A stretch of 64,000 bases of DNA from Lama guanicoe (lineage: Eukaryota). The stretch is from the NCBI GenBank assembly GCA_013239625.1, contig MU054338.1, forward strand, positions 2,094,968-2,158,967, written 5' to 3'. Position numbers and translations under genes: made by a program. Positions 48,910-61,334 of the stretch are shown in pieces. The notes below the pieces were generated by a model. That model saw only the letters and a list, made by a program, of their open reading frames with translations, had not been told where the DNA came from and did not search any database. Every line of letters begins with the position of its first letter. The first letter of the stretch is position 1.

Positions 48910-49400
48910 AGCCACCGGATGTGGAGTAACCGAAATTCCCGATCCCTGCTGGCGGGTGTGTCAAATGGTGCAACCACTTTGGAAAACAGTTTGGCAGGTT
49001 CTTAAAAAGTTAAACACACACCTACCACCATGGGATCCAGCCTTTACCCCTGGGTCTTTGCCCAAGAGAAATCAAAGCTTATGGCCATGAAAGACTTTCA
49101 CATAAATGCACTTAGCATCCGACTCATTCCATTTCCAGACATTTACCACGAGGAATGAAAGCAAATGTTCACACGAAGGCTTGTACGCAGAGGCTCATAG
49201 CAGCTTTATTCGTCCAGAACTGGAAACAACTCAGATGTCCATCAGCAGGTGTCCATCAGGATAAATGAACTGAAACATATCCAGATGACGAATACTAGCC
49301 AGTGATTTTTAAAAAGGCTTGAGCTATGGGTGCGCACAACAGTGTGGATGCACCTCGAGATAATTACGTGGAGCAAAAGAAGCCAGACACAAAAGAATGT
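48910..49400 (+). mobile_element. Old L1M fragment
   Basis: AAATGGTGCAACCACTTTGGAAAACAGTTTGGCAG and CTGGAAACAACTCAGATGTCCATC motifs. Confidence 0.75.
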
Positions 49401-49967
49401 TATGGACACTTGGCCACGCCCATTCGCCCATTCATTTACTTACTGTCTGTGTCTGCTTTTGTGCTACAGGCAGAGCTGAGCAGTCAGTAACCTTGGGGAA
49501 TTAGCAAGTAACTCTCTGGGCCTCAGTTCCCACATCTACAAAATGGGACTAAGCATTCTATCTGCTCACAAGTGTATCTGCAGCTAGAGGACTGTGTGGT
49601 TTTGTTTATTTTCCTACATAAATGTTGGACGTATGTCTTTATCACTCAGCAATTTGGGGGTTTCTCTTTTTCCCCCCAAGATAACAAAGCATCTTGGAGA
49701 TTAGTTCATATCAGTGCTGTAGCAGAGGAACCCTGGTGTGTGTGTGTGGGTGTGATTCTTTTAAATATATATTAAATGTACATTTAATATATACACATAT
49801 TATATAATGTACAAATGTAAATTATATACTATATCATCATTATGCCTGTATTTATAATATATACTGCAGAATACATGTTCAGTACATATACATGTTACAT
49901 GATACATTTTATAGGTATATATAAGACTTAAACACACCCATGATGCTTTTTAAAAATGGAATTTTAT

Positions 49968-50343
49968 AGGGATAAATTTGGGAGTTAGAGATTTACAAAT
50001 GTTAATCACTATATATATTTAAAAATACTTCTGTATAGCACAGGGAACTATATTCAATATCTTGTAATAACCTTTAATGAAAAAGAATATGGGGGGAGGG
50101 TATAGCTCAGGTGGTAGAGTGCTTGGTTAGCCTGCAGGAGTTCCTGGGTTCAATCCCCAGTACCTACTATAAAAATAAATAAATTAACCTAATTACTTAC
50201 CTCCTCCCCCCAAACAAAAACCTTTAAAAAAAAGAAAAAGAATATGAAAACGAACGTACGTATATGCATATGCATGCCTGGGACATGATCCTGTACACCA
50301 GAAATTGACACATTGTAATTGACTATACATCAAATTTTTTAAA
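49968..50343 (+). mobile_element. 5'-truncated L1 3' UTR fragment interrupted by the SINE
   Basis: TGTATAGCACAGGGAACTATATTCAATATCTTGTAATAACC...TGTACACCAGAAATTGACACATTGTAA is typical of artiodactyl L1 3' ends. Imperfect flanking direct repeat AAATGG(A/G)ATTTTA. Confidence 0.75.
50091..50233 (+). mobile_element. tRNA-derived SINE (Vic-1-like) nested in an L1 3' end, with a 13-bp TSD
   Basis: GGGGAGGGTATAGCTCAGGTGGTAGAG...GGTTCAATCCCCAG. GAAAAAGAATATG is duplicated at 50079-50091 and 50234-50246. Confidence 0.9.
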
Positions 50344-50599
50344 TGGGATTTTACACAGGCCCTGTCCCTCTGAGACTTTCACTTAGTCAACAAATCTTGA
50401 TTGAGCACCTACTACATACCAGGCACTATTCTCAGTGTTCAGGGACACAGCTGTGAACAAAACAGACACCCCCCACCCCCAGCTTGGAGCCAACAGGCTA
50501 CTCTGAGTTCATGTTTAGCTGTGTAATGGGACTTTAGATGCTGGCATGAGTTTAATCCCAGTTTGACTCACAGCTTACACCTATTATTGTTCCTTTTGG

Positions 50600-50613
50600 T
50601 TTATTTTCTTTCC

Positions 50614-50660
<47 letters not shown>

Positions 50661-50727
50661 AATCTATCTATCTATCTATTTATTTTAATAAGCACACACT
50701 GTACCACTGAGCTATACCCTTCTCCCC
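50600..50727 (-). mobile_element. Internally deleted SINE remnant with a (TCTA)n microsatellite tail
   Basis: TACCACTGAGCTATACCCT (SINE 5' end, minus strand) abuts a (TCTA)n array at ~50614-50678. Confidence 0.6.
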
Positions 50728-50749
50728 ATTTTTCCTTTTATTTGTAAAT

Positions 50750-51560
50750 TTAAACATTTGCTAATGGAGTAAATACCCCAAACCCCCAAAATAAATACCA
50801 CCAGGAGAAACAGAGCTTTTGCAATAACTCTCACCCCAAAATGCTTCTCCCCAGTGCTGCCTTCTTGGCTCCTCTCCCCAAAGTTAACTCCTGAATCTGG
50901 AATGTATCCTTTCTATGCTTGAAAAAAATTGCATCTCCAATATATATTCCCCCCAAATGTCTCATTTTAGTTACTGTAAATTCACAATATTTGGGAGTTT
51001 GTTGTTCCACTGGATGTAATGTTGTTGAGTCCATCCGTACGGTTTGCCTGTGGCTGCAGCTGCTGATGAATATCCCGTTGGGTGAATTTCCCACAATGCA
51101 CTTCTCCATTCTCTCAGAGATGAGCATCTGGGTTGTTTCTGAGTGTCCACCTGCTTCCCAGTGCAGGGATGGACAGTCTGGAGCATGTTTCCTGGGGCAA
51201 AGCCCCAGAGTTTCTCATGGATATGTATCTGGGCTATGTTATGTGGCACGTGAATGTTCAGTGTTGTGATTATCATCAGTTTGTTTTCCAAAGCAGTGTG
51301 GAAGAGCCCTGTGTACCCACAGCCTCTCCAACATTTGGCATTGTTGGACATTTTAAATTGAGGCAGTGCTCTAGGCGTAAAACGGGGCCTTGATATGGCC
51401 TTGTCATGCATTTCCTTGATCTCTAAAGAGGCTGAACTTCTCCTCATGCACTTGTTGGCCGCCCATATTTCATCGTTCTCGTGCTTTTTGCACCGTTGCT
51501 TCTTGGGTAGCTGCGTTTTCATATTGGAACTTCTTTTTAAAGGACTATATAAGTCCATCA
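50750..51560 (-). mobile_element. Old L1ME-like fragment
   Basis: Minus-strand ORF 50971..51588 retains ANKCMRRSSASLEIKEM..AKCWRGCG, resembling the ORF2 C-terminus. Confidence 0.7.
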
Positions 51561-52129
51561 AAAGGCTATAACATTGTTTATAGCACACATTCTCAACAAG
51601 GGCAACAATCAGTACTTGGAGAAGAGTGAAAAAATCTTACTCTTTTAATGTACAAAATGCAGATATAAACAAATATAAAGCATATCTGTGGTATCAAAAT
51701 TTCATAAGGGGTGATTAGGAAAAAATGTCTAAAATAACTGGGGGAATAATGAAAAAGGCTGAGAAGCACTGATTTATAGCAATTTCACAAGTCTATGGCA
51801 ATGAACATCCTTAAGGGCATATATACCTTTTCACAAGTTCAGGGTAGGTTTCAGGAAGTTGGCCCATAATGTCTGAACTTGTCTGAGGCCTCTGCCATAC
51901 CTGCCAAATTGCTTTCCCAATTCATATTCACATTCACTTCCAAGCAAGTTATGAAAATGGTTATTTCACCACATGCTCACCAGCACTGGGTTTTATCAGT
52001 TTAAAAATCCTTACTGATTTTGATGGGTGCCAGAGCATGGTATGTTCTTATTGTTTGTTATCCTTTCTTTGGTCTCTGTAAGGCTGGATGTTTTTTATAT
52101 GTTTGCTAACCAGTCTGTCTTTTGGGAAT

Positions 52130-52465
52130 GTTCTAGGGTGGAAGGAATGCAAGCCAACACATCTGGAGGAAAGGGGATCTTTTATAGACAGTGGTAGTAA
52201 CTTAGCTGAGTTGTGTCTTACAGTTATACAGAAAGCAGAACTTGTAAGTGATGAACTTGGATATTTAGCAGAAGGGAATTTCCAGTCAAGTGTCAAAGGT
52301 GCAGCTTGGTTTCTTCTTGCTGCTCGTAATAAAATGTGAGAGGAAAGAGATTGATGGAGAAGAAAACTGTTAAGCAAAAAGGAACCAAGACTTGATGACT
52401 GGAGAGATTCTTAGCCTACAAAAGTCACAAAATAAGCTAAACTTAGGAGATTCACAGTTAGGAAG
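52130..52465 (+). mobile_element. MaLR internal-region fragment
   Basis: GATGAACTTGGATATTTAGCAGAAG...GCAGCTTGGTTTCTTCTTGCTGCT resembles MLT-int. Confidence 0.55.
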
Positions 52466-53499
52466 GCATCCTCCGGACCAATATCACTTAGCAGCTGGGT
52501 GACCTGGGGCAAGAGTCTAAACCTGTCCGAGCCTCAGTTTCCTCACCTGTGATATGGGGTTACAAAAGTAATAGTACACACCTCATAGGGCTTCTGTGAG
52601 TGGTAAATGAGTAGCCTTGTGTAAAGTATTTAACTCTATGCCCGCAGGCCCAGGGGTGGCCGTGTGGGGAAAATGAGTGGGGGAGGCTGCTTCTGAGTCC
52701 CCATTACTGCCCTCTGGACCCCAATCCTGGCCTGGCTCTTATCAACCCATCTCTCCCCTCCCCTCCTCTCCTCCCAGGTACCTAATTCCCTAAGGCAGGG
52801 GAGGGACTGAGGATTCAAGCTGGGGATTAACAGAGGCCGATTAGAGATGAACTGAGAGAGGAGGGGGTTCTCTATCCCCTTAACCCTTTCCTCTCTAGAG
52901 CCAGAGCCGGGGTATCCACCCTGCTTCCTTTGGCTTCACGTGTGTTAGAGGAGAGGCCACCTCCAGAACCTCCCCACTCCTACCAGTGAAACACCCTGGA
53001 AGAGGCATTAGGATTAGGGTGTCTGATAGGCTGGTGGACCCTAGGATGATGAGTTCCCCTCTCTGGGCCTCAGTTTTCTCTTCTTAAAAATGGGGAGAGG
53101 AATCCGCAGATGGAAGGAAAAACCTCATCATCCCAGAGTGAACTCTCCCTGGACGCCTGAGATACTGACTACTCCGAACCCAGACACACTGAGCACCTAC
53201 CATATAGTCAGGGCTGATGTTACCACCATTTGCCTGAGATTTTTCTGGCCCCCCAGGGTGCACAGCATCGCACACAGAACCACAGAATTAACTTCCAGAA
53301 GCTCCCAGAGTCAGCCTTGGCTCCAGAAAGGCGGCCCACGGTCTGATTCTCCTCCGGGGGTGCTGCCTACACTCACCCTAAACCCTGGCGTCCGCCCTGG
53401 CGGAGCTGGGAACGACTTCCCCAAAGGGGTCCCTGAATCTTGGAGCCCCAGTCGGGTTGCAAGCAGGGGGAAACCCCCAGACAGAAGGACGGTAACAGA

Positions 53500-56400
53500 A
53501 TCTCCTCCACTTCACCAGGCCCGGGCAAGCCCCCCTCCCATGGTCTCCTAGTTGCGCCAGACGCAGAGCTTGGAGGGGGGCGGGGAGAAGGGGGCGGTGC
53601 CTACTCTGCGGCTGCCGGCGGAGGGGGGACTGCGGGAGAGCGCTTGGTTGGGTTGGGGGGGGCGCTGCGGCACCGCTTCCCAGCCCGCAGCGGCAGGCGC
53701 AGCAGGGGCGGGGTCGCTGACCCTCCTCGACCCAGCCCCTCCCCCGCCGCGGAGGCATCCGCCAATAATCCCGACTGGGGAGGGGGCGCCCGCTTCCCCC
53801 AACACCTACCAAGCCACCGCGCACGCTCCCCGCCCCCCGCCCCGCCTGGAGACCCTGCGGGACCCCCAGGCAACCCTTGCCCCCCAGGTCTGTCACCCTT
53901 GGTGTCCGAGTCTCTGTCTGTGTCCCCATCTGTCCCATCTCCCCGCTGTGCGTGTTTGTGACTGTGTATCCGGGACACCTGCACTCACGAGCAAGGGTGG
54001 CTGCCGAGATGGCCTGGGGAGGGATCCTGGGATCGGCGTTGGGTCAGTCTGAGGTCTGAAGTGTCTTTCTACGATTGTCAATCTGCGTGAGTGTCTAAGC
54101 GACACCCTGCAGGCTGTGGGTCTGTGTGTGTGACAGCGTGGAGGCTGTGGGTGTCTGGGTGACACCCTACAGGCTGTGAGCATGTGGGTCCCCGTGTGTC
54201 TGTCTGGCTGACACCCGCAGGCTGTTGAGTGTGAGTCTGTGTTCGTGGCATCCTGCAGAAGGTGTGTGTCCGAGAACCGCATCTGCGGTGAGCATCGGCC
54301 CCCGTGTATCTATCTAAGTGACACTCGCAGGCTGTGTGTGTCTGTAACACGCTGCAGGAGCGGCGGTGTGCGGTCGGTGTCGGTGTTGGAGTCGAGGAGG
54401 CCCGGGCCGCGAGTGTCCCCAGCCGTCTGCGTGTGTGTGTATGTGTGTGTGAGCGCGCGCGCGCCGTGAAGGTGGATCCGCTCCCTCCGCAGCGAGCCCG
54501 ACCCGGGCCCCACGAGCCGCCGCCAGGACCGCTCGTCTGGCCTCCCCTCGCGCGGGCCGGGCCGGGGATGGAGCCGCAGCCCGAGCCGCCGGAGCCCGAG
54601 CCCGGGCGCGGAGCGGCCTGAGGCGCGGGCGGCGCGCGAGACTGGGGGGAGGGCGGGCCNNNNNNNNNNNNNNNNNNNNNNNNNNNNNNNNNNNNNNNNN
54701 NNNNNNNNNNNNNNNNNNNNNNNNNNNNNNNNNNNNNNNNNNNNNNNNNNNNNNNNNNNNNNNNNNNNNNNNNNNNNNNNNNNNNNNNNNNNNNNNNNNN
54801 NNNNNNNNNNNNNNNNNNNNNNNNNNNNNNNNNNNNNNNNNNNNNNNNNNNNNNNNNNNNNNNNNNNNNNNNNNNNNNNNNNNNNNNNNNNNNNNNNGGG
54901 GGCCGCCTGGGGGAGGGGCTCGATCCGGGACCCCCGCTTCCCTTCAGCCGCCGCGGGACCCCCGCCCGCCGATCCACCCCCCCCCGGGCTGGGGGCGGAG
55001 CTGGCGCGCGGGGCGCAGCGGGGGACCCCAAGTGGGGGGCCCCTCGTGGGCGCCGCAGGCCTAGCGGGGAGGGGCGGGGCTCCTGGGGAGAGGGTCCCCC
55101 CCAGGCCAGGCCCCCGCCCCCTCCCGGGCTCGGCAGGAGACGGGAGGGCGCGGCCTGGGGCGCACGACCCCCGAGCGCACAGCACATGGGGGAGCCGGGG
55201 CCGGGAAGGGGGCACCCGACGGGGCCGTGCGGGGCGGGGGTCGCGGCGGCCCCCGCGGGGTGCCCCAGCCCGGGCGATCGCGGCGCGCCAGCTAGCGGAA
55301 AATGGCCGCTGCGGAGAGGGGCGGAGAGCGCGCAGCGGCCGCAGCCGGGCGCCTTGAACTTGGAGCCGGGCGGGCGGCCGGCCACGCTCGGCGCCGCGCA
55401 GGGGCAGCCACCCGGCCTGCCCTCTCGCCGCCTGAGCCCCGCCTCCGGGCCCGACCCCGGCCCTGCCGCAGCGTACGCCGGGTCCCAGACGGGAGGGGTC
55501 ACCGGGTCTAGGCCAGGCGCGCCCCAGGCCCTCGAGCGCCGGTAGCTGCACTTGAGGGTTCCGGTGTCCGGTCCGCCGGTGTCGGTGGCATCCGCACCCG
55601 GGGGTTGCGTTCGGGGTACCCTGTGCTCTCAGGCAGGTCAGCGCGGGAATGCGGGGGTGCGTTCGTGGGTCTGTACGGCTGGGTGGTCCCATCCCTTTCC
55701 GTGGGTCCATGGGTCCCCAGGCGTGGGGTTCTCTCCTTTATGTATCTGTGTGTCGGCGCATCCACGTGGCTGTGTGTTGTGTTGCGTGTGTTAGAGCATT
55801 GTGCGGCTATGGGACGGTGTGTGTGTGTTGTAACTGGGCGACTGTGCCATGCGTCCCCGTGGGGCAGTGTTGTGAAGCTGTGTAGCTGGGTTGTGTCCCC
55901 GGGAGACGTGATGTCCCTGGATGACCGTAGGGGTGTCCCCCTGTGAGTATGTGGAGGTTAGGGGGTTGCCAGTGAGTGGGGAACTGTGTCGTGTGGCTGC
56001 GTCTCAGGGGACAGTTGGGTGTCGCTGTGTGCGTGTAACTGGCGCTTAGTGACTATTCCTGGGAATGGGTATATGCTCTCTCTCCCATCCCCTCCCCAGT
56101 TCCTTTTTTCCTGTAACCTCGACTCCCAGGTGGGGGACGGGTGCTCCTTCTATCTTGGCAAACCTCTGTCCCCTCCTCTCACTCCTCACCCCTCCAATTC
56201 CCCCTGCCTCCGGGTCCCCCATCCGCGCAGCCCTAGGTGGTCTCAGCTTGAGGTTCGGGCGCGAGGTGGCGCCGGGACGCGATCACTTGGCGGCGACGTC
56301 TCCCGCCAGGGGCTGCGCGTGCGCGGGGACCTGACCCAGAGAGGGGCGGGGCGGCGGGGGGGGTCCCCCCACCTCCGCCTCCGAAGAGGTCCCGAGGGAT

Positions 56401-56600
56401 GGGTGGTTACTGGGTTAGGTCTGGACCAGGGGATGGCCCAGGAGACCTCCTCGCCGGATGGGCTGGGAGCTGCGCCCCCAGGCCTGCCTCCCACCGCTTG
56501 CCCGGGACCGGGCCAGATCCGGCGGACACAAAGTGTTGTTGTCTCCCCTCCAGGGGAATCCCCGCCTCGGCCCCCCCCTCCCCGCCCCAGGGCGCTTGAT
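53500..56600. promoter_or_regulatory. NFIC: CpG island / upstream NFIC promoter (the alternative first exon probably ends inside the N gap)
   Basis: Very high CpG and GC, multiple GC boxes, CCAAT at about 53762. It lies ~6.7 kb upstream of the MYSSP exon, similar to the recalled human two-promoter layout. Confidence 0.7.
54660..54897. other. Assembly gap (N run) in the NFIC CpG island
   Basis: Run of N. Confidence 1.
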
Positions 56601-58005
56601 ATAATTTTCTAAATATAAAAGCCCCAAGGCCAGGCAGGAATCTCTGCTTTTTACTTTAAACCTGCATCCTCTCTGGGGGCGGATTGGGAAGGGGAGAAAA
56701 AGGGGTCTAACACTGACCCAGGGATGCATACACACACGACACTCGGTGTCCCCAGCTCAGGTCAGCTCGCCCACCCGGGGGTCCCTCCACTCCTGACTCC
56801 ACTCCCGGGCTCTGCCCTACACCACACTCCCCTCCATCCCCACCTGTCACCTGGCGCGCAGGGGGACACGTTCTCCTGTAAGCACATTCAGCAGCACGCG
56901 CCCATGACACACCCTCCCAGCTATGTGTTCACAGCCACATGTGTGCAAAACTCTGCCCACCCACAGGGGTCCGCACAACCACACACACAGGCACACGGAC
57001 ACACACACTCACAGACAGGCACCTGCGCTCTGGGAGGGGGCGGAGGCAAGCCCATCACCCCATCTCCCCGTCCAAGCCATGTCCCTACAGGGCTTGGAGA
57101 GCAAAGACCCCAGCTGTAGGGGGGAGCTGGTGGGGATAGCCCTGAGGAGGAGCAGGCATGTGATGTGTTGTGTGTTACTGTGTGTGTGTGCCAGGGTTTA
57201 AATACTGGGAGGGGTTCTACTTGTAAGTGTGTATAGTTGTGTTCGGATGTGCTTGTGTTATTGTGGCCCAACGTCTGTGTGTTGTGTTTGGGGTTGTGTG
57301 TGTGCTCATTTTTTGGATCTGTGCGTTTCCATGTGAGTCTCCATGGGTCTGTGTGTCACCTGGGGTCTGTAGATCTGTATCTGTTTGAGTCAGGGTGACA
57401 CGTGAGGATCCGTGTTTTTCCGTGTGACGTTTTTCTGTATGTCTGTCTTTGTGTCAGTTCGTGGCATGTTGTGTTTGTGTGTCTCTGTTGTATTCTGTGC
57501 CAGCTCTAATGTCACATCCCACCTTTACCTCTGAAGACTGAGGAGGACCTTAACAGCCCCTTCTAGGAGCTTAATGTCTCATCTGTGAAGTGGGAACACA
57601 TGATGCCTCATGAGGTCGGAGCGGGGACAGTGTTGCCATGCAATCACAGGTCCTGGCTCCCTACTGTGTCTCTTCGCTGGGTCTGGTGGCTGTGGAGTTA
57701 CCGGGGAGGCTTGGACCCCTATCATCCCTGCCTGAGCTGCTCTCACTTTTAAACATTTTGCTGTGAATTCCAGCCCCTGCAAAGTCCACTCACATTTTTA
57801 AAGTTTGCTTTTTAATAACAAGCCACTCAGAAACATCTAAAGAGGCTACCAAAGTACCTAGAGTAAAAATCAAACCTTCCTCATAACTCCTACCCCAGGG
57901 GGCCCCCTTCCCCACTCCAGAAAGGCCCCGTTATCACCCAGCTTTGTCTGAGCAATTGCAGATATAACAGATACACATTCTTATAAAGTATGCATGTATA
58001 TTCTT

Positions 58006-58137
58006 TTCTTGTTTGTTTTGGGGGGTAGGTAATTAGGTTTATTTATTTTTTTTATTTTTAGAGGAGGTACTAAGGATTGAACCTAGGATCTCACGCATGC
58101 TGAGCATGCGCTCTACCACTTGAGCTATACCCTCCCC
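58006..58137 (-). mobile_element. tRNA-derived SINE (Vic-1-like)
   Basis: A/B-box body on the minus strand, flanked by the near-direct repeat CATGTAT(A/G)TTCTT. Confidence 0.85.
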
Positions 58138-58221
58138 CTTACATGTATGTTCTTATAATGGATCTATGCATATCCTTAAAAAAATCCCAAATGAGATCTT
58201 GAGTTTACCTGTTGAGTTTAC

Positions 58222-58415
58222 AGCAGGGGTTCTCAACTGGAGTGGTTTTTGCCCCAGGGGACACTGGGTGATGTCTGGGGACGTCTGTGGTTATCACGAC
58301 CTGGGGTGCTCCTGGCCTCCAGTGGGTGGGGGCCAGGGACTCTGCTCCACACCCTCCAGGCCCCGGGATACCCCCACAGAGGATGGTCCACAGTGCTGGG
58401 GTGGGGAGCCCTGGT
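58222..58415. mobile_element. MER20-like DNA element (opposite orientation to the 43683 copy)
   Basis: GGTTCTCAACTGG...TTTTGCCCCAGGGGACACTGG..ATGTCTGGGGAC..TGGTT.TCAC motif. Confidence 0.7.
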
Positions 58416-60673
58416 CTGCATCGTGCCTTCCCCCCGGGTGGCTCTTGGAGCCGTCTCCAGCTGGGAGCCCCTTGCTCTTTCGTGGAGCTGTGTAGTGTTC
58501 CATGCTGTGCCGTGCCAGCCTCGCTGGGCTGGCCCCCACAGAGGCGCGCGGTGGCCAGCCCCAGGTGGTTGGCATTAGGGTTGCAAGGTGACAGTCGACA
58601 CCCTTGTGCATCTGTGTCTGGGATGAAGAAGCCAGGGAGTGAGCGATAGGGGAAGTGCGTTTTTAAACAAATGATCTAAATTTTGCTCCAGAGTGCCAGG
58701 AGCTAAATCACACCCCCACTTCTGAGCCCTTACCCGCACAGATCCCATCCGCCGATTGCTTTGCTAAGAAACCACTATGCACGGTGCACCGTTCTCACCT
58801 CCGTCTAAACACTGGCTGGTTTACCCACCACAACCTAGAGGGGCAGAAACCATCACTGCCACATTTCACAGAGCGGGGAGCTGAGGCACAGGGAGGTTTA
58901 GCTGCTGGTGGAGAGGAGACGTAGACCCAGGCTGCAACCTTGTACTACAGCCGGCCCTCTGTGCACCTGCTGTGTACACTGCAGGGGCCCCTCCTGCCCA
59001 AACTGGATTGTATATCCATGTAACACTTCAATGCTGTTTGTGAACTTGCAAAATGTTCTGCCACACATCACCTCTAATATATTAACACTGTCTTTCGACA
59101 CGTTATCTCAGAGCCTTTCCCAGCCTTCCAGAGTGCGGTATGTGTCCTATCATTGCCATTTTATAGATGTGGAGACTGAGGTTCTGAGAGGGAGGTGGTC
59201 TGTGTTCTGCAGACTTTGCCTTTGAGAGAACCTAAACTGCCTTGTGACGGCTGCTTTTGAGGGGGTGAGCATTGCGGGGAGTGTCCTGGGGTGGGGCTGT
59301 CTGGGGGTTGCTGCAAGCCAGGAGAGCGCTGTGAAGCCCCGCTGCAAAGTTTAAATGTGAATTTGGGATGCTGCCCTCCACGTGTTCATGGCGTTTTGGA
59401 AATAATAAAATACTGCTTTATGTTATGTTGGCATTTGGAGTCCTAGATACCTGCTTCCCACCCCACCCCCATTCACCCTGGGGTTTAAATGCTCCCCACA
59501 GCTGCAGGGTGCGGGGGAGGGGGTGGTTAACAAACCATTTGTGAACTGCTGTTTGAAAGACCGTCACCCATGTGCAGTGGGAGCCGGTGGGTCCCAGGGC
59601 ACACATGCCCTTTGTATATCTGACTCCCTCTTAGTCCAGCCCCAGGGCCTCCAGTTGGTAGCGTCTGTTCCTGGGCCTCAATTTCCTCCTCCCGCATAAC
59701 TACTAACAGCATTGCTGGCATCTTCTGAGCCCCTGGGCACGGGGCAGCTGCCCGAGGTTGTCGAGAGGGTATCATTTGTTCTCGGGACACTCGGAGAGAT
59801 GAATCAAAATGGCCAAGCTTTCTAAGAATGTCTCAGTGCACGTTTGACAGAAGGTTAAGGCTCTGCTAAGTGCCATCATCCTTCTGCTGACTGACCTGGT
59901 GGGGTGGGCACCGTTAGTCCGCTTCACAGGGGAGGACACCAAGCGGGGAGTGACCGTCCACACCACCCTGGTCTGTGGGGTGGCAGTGAGAGTTGCATCG
60001 GCCTCTGAGCAAGGCTGGGAGGATTCCGAGTGGACTGGGGGAGGCGGGGAGTGGGGGCTAGATGGTCAGGCTCTCTGGTGGCTCAGACTGGGGGAGGCAG
60101 GTCTGTGCCCATTTATTCTAGAGGGAGAATAATGGGGCTGACGAGTGTCAGCTCTGGGGCCAGGTGGACAGGCTCCAAGCCACTCTGAGTGCCTCAGTTT
60201 CTGGATCTGTGAAATGGGCACATTTTTTGGGATCAGTAGGAATTCCTGGACACCCAGGAAGAGGCTGCAAGGATTTATCTGGCCAGCCTGAGGTTCTGCC
60301 CCGACACCTTCCCTCATGGGCTACTGGGGCAACATATAGGGGAGGCCAAAGCCCTCTCAACACCCAGTTCCCCTTTAGTGCTGACTGAGGAGAGAGCAGA
60401 TTCCTAGAGGCTCCCCTGTTGGTTGGGGCCCATCTGGTCAAGAAAGGGCAGTCGGCGCCAAGCCCCTGTGCTGGGGATCTGCAGTCCCTGTCTGGCTCTC
60501 AGGGGAGCAGGCGGAGAGAGTGCCGTGAGACCCTTTCTCTTGCCATGAACCCCGGGTTGTACATCTTTAAGGGCAAAGACGCGCGCTCGCGCTCTCGGCC
60601 TCTGCACACGTCCCTTCATTCTTTCCCTCCCTCCCCCCCACCTTGGCTCCTTTCTCCAACTTCCCGGCCAGCT

Positions 60674-60674
<1 letters not shown>

Positions 60675-60713
<39 letters not shown>
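60675..60713 (+). repeat. Poly-G run (39 nt) in the NFIC proximal promoter
   Basis: Homopolymer read directly from the sequence. Confidence 0.9.
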
Positions 60714-60714
<1 letters not shown>

Positions 60715-61086
60715 AAATCCACCTCCGGCCCCAAAATGCCCAGCAGCAGCCCCTGCCTCCCCACTTGACTCGGGCGGGCGGTCCAGGGGTACCCGCTGGG
60801 GTCGGGGTGTGCGTGGCCCGTTGGTCCCCCCACCGGTACCCCGGCCCAGGGTGGCTCGAAATCCATAATAATAAGCAGTAATGGGGGTTCATGAAGCATG
60901 GGGAGGGGGCGCGGCTTTCCTTTCTCGCTCGCGCTCTTTTTTCCCTCGTTTCTTTGAAAGTTGGATGTTGAGAAGTGGGAGGTTCGGGGTGGGAGGGGAG
61001 AGAAATTCGGGGAGGGAGAGAGGAGGTTGCCAGAGGGAGGAGAGACAGAGACACAGGGAGAGACAGAGACGGGGGAGGAGGGGTCA

Positions 61087-61248
<162 letters not shown>

Positions 61249-61304
61249 TCAGTAAGTTCAGCGCGCCCGCTCCGGCCGGCCCTGAGCCTCCCGCCGCGCC
61301 CGGG

Positions 61305-61334
61305 ATGTATTCGTCCCCGCTCTGCCTGACCCAG
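61305..61334 (+). CDS. NFIC: NFIC canonical first coding exon ([10 protein letters not shown])
   Basis: ATGTATTCGTCCCCGCTCTGCCTGACCCAG|gtacgc, the known N-terminus of NFIC/CTF, phase 0. Exon 2 (DEFHPF) lies outside the window. Confidence 0.95.

Noticed and set aside
50091..50165. tRNA gene
   Set aside because: A and B boxes are present, but the A-rich tail, TSD and multiple diverged copies show it is a tRNA-derived SINE.
54095..54360. CRISPR-like repeat-spacer array
   Set aside because: Mammalian context, degenerate units, irregular low-complexity spacers and no cas genes.
54078..55710. Minus-strand ORFs of 474 and 466 aa
   Set aside because: They run through an N gap and stop-poor GC-rich sequence, so they are artefacts.
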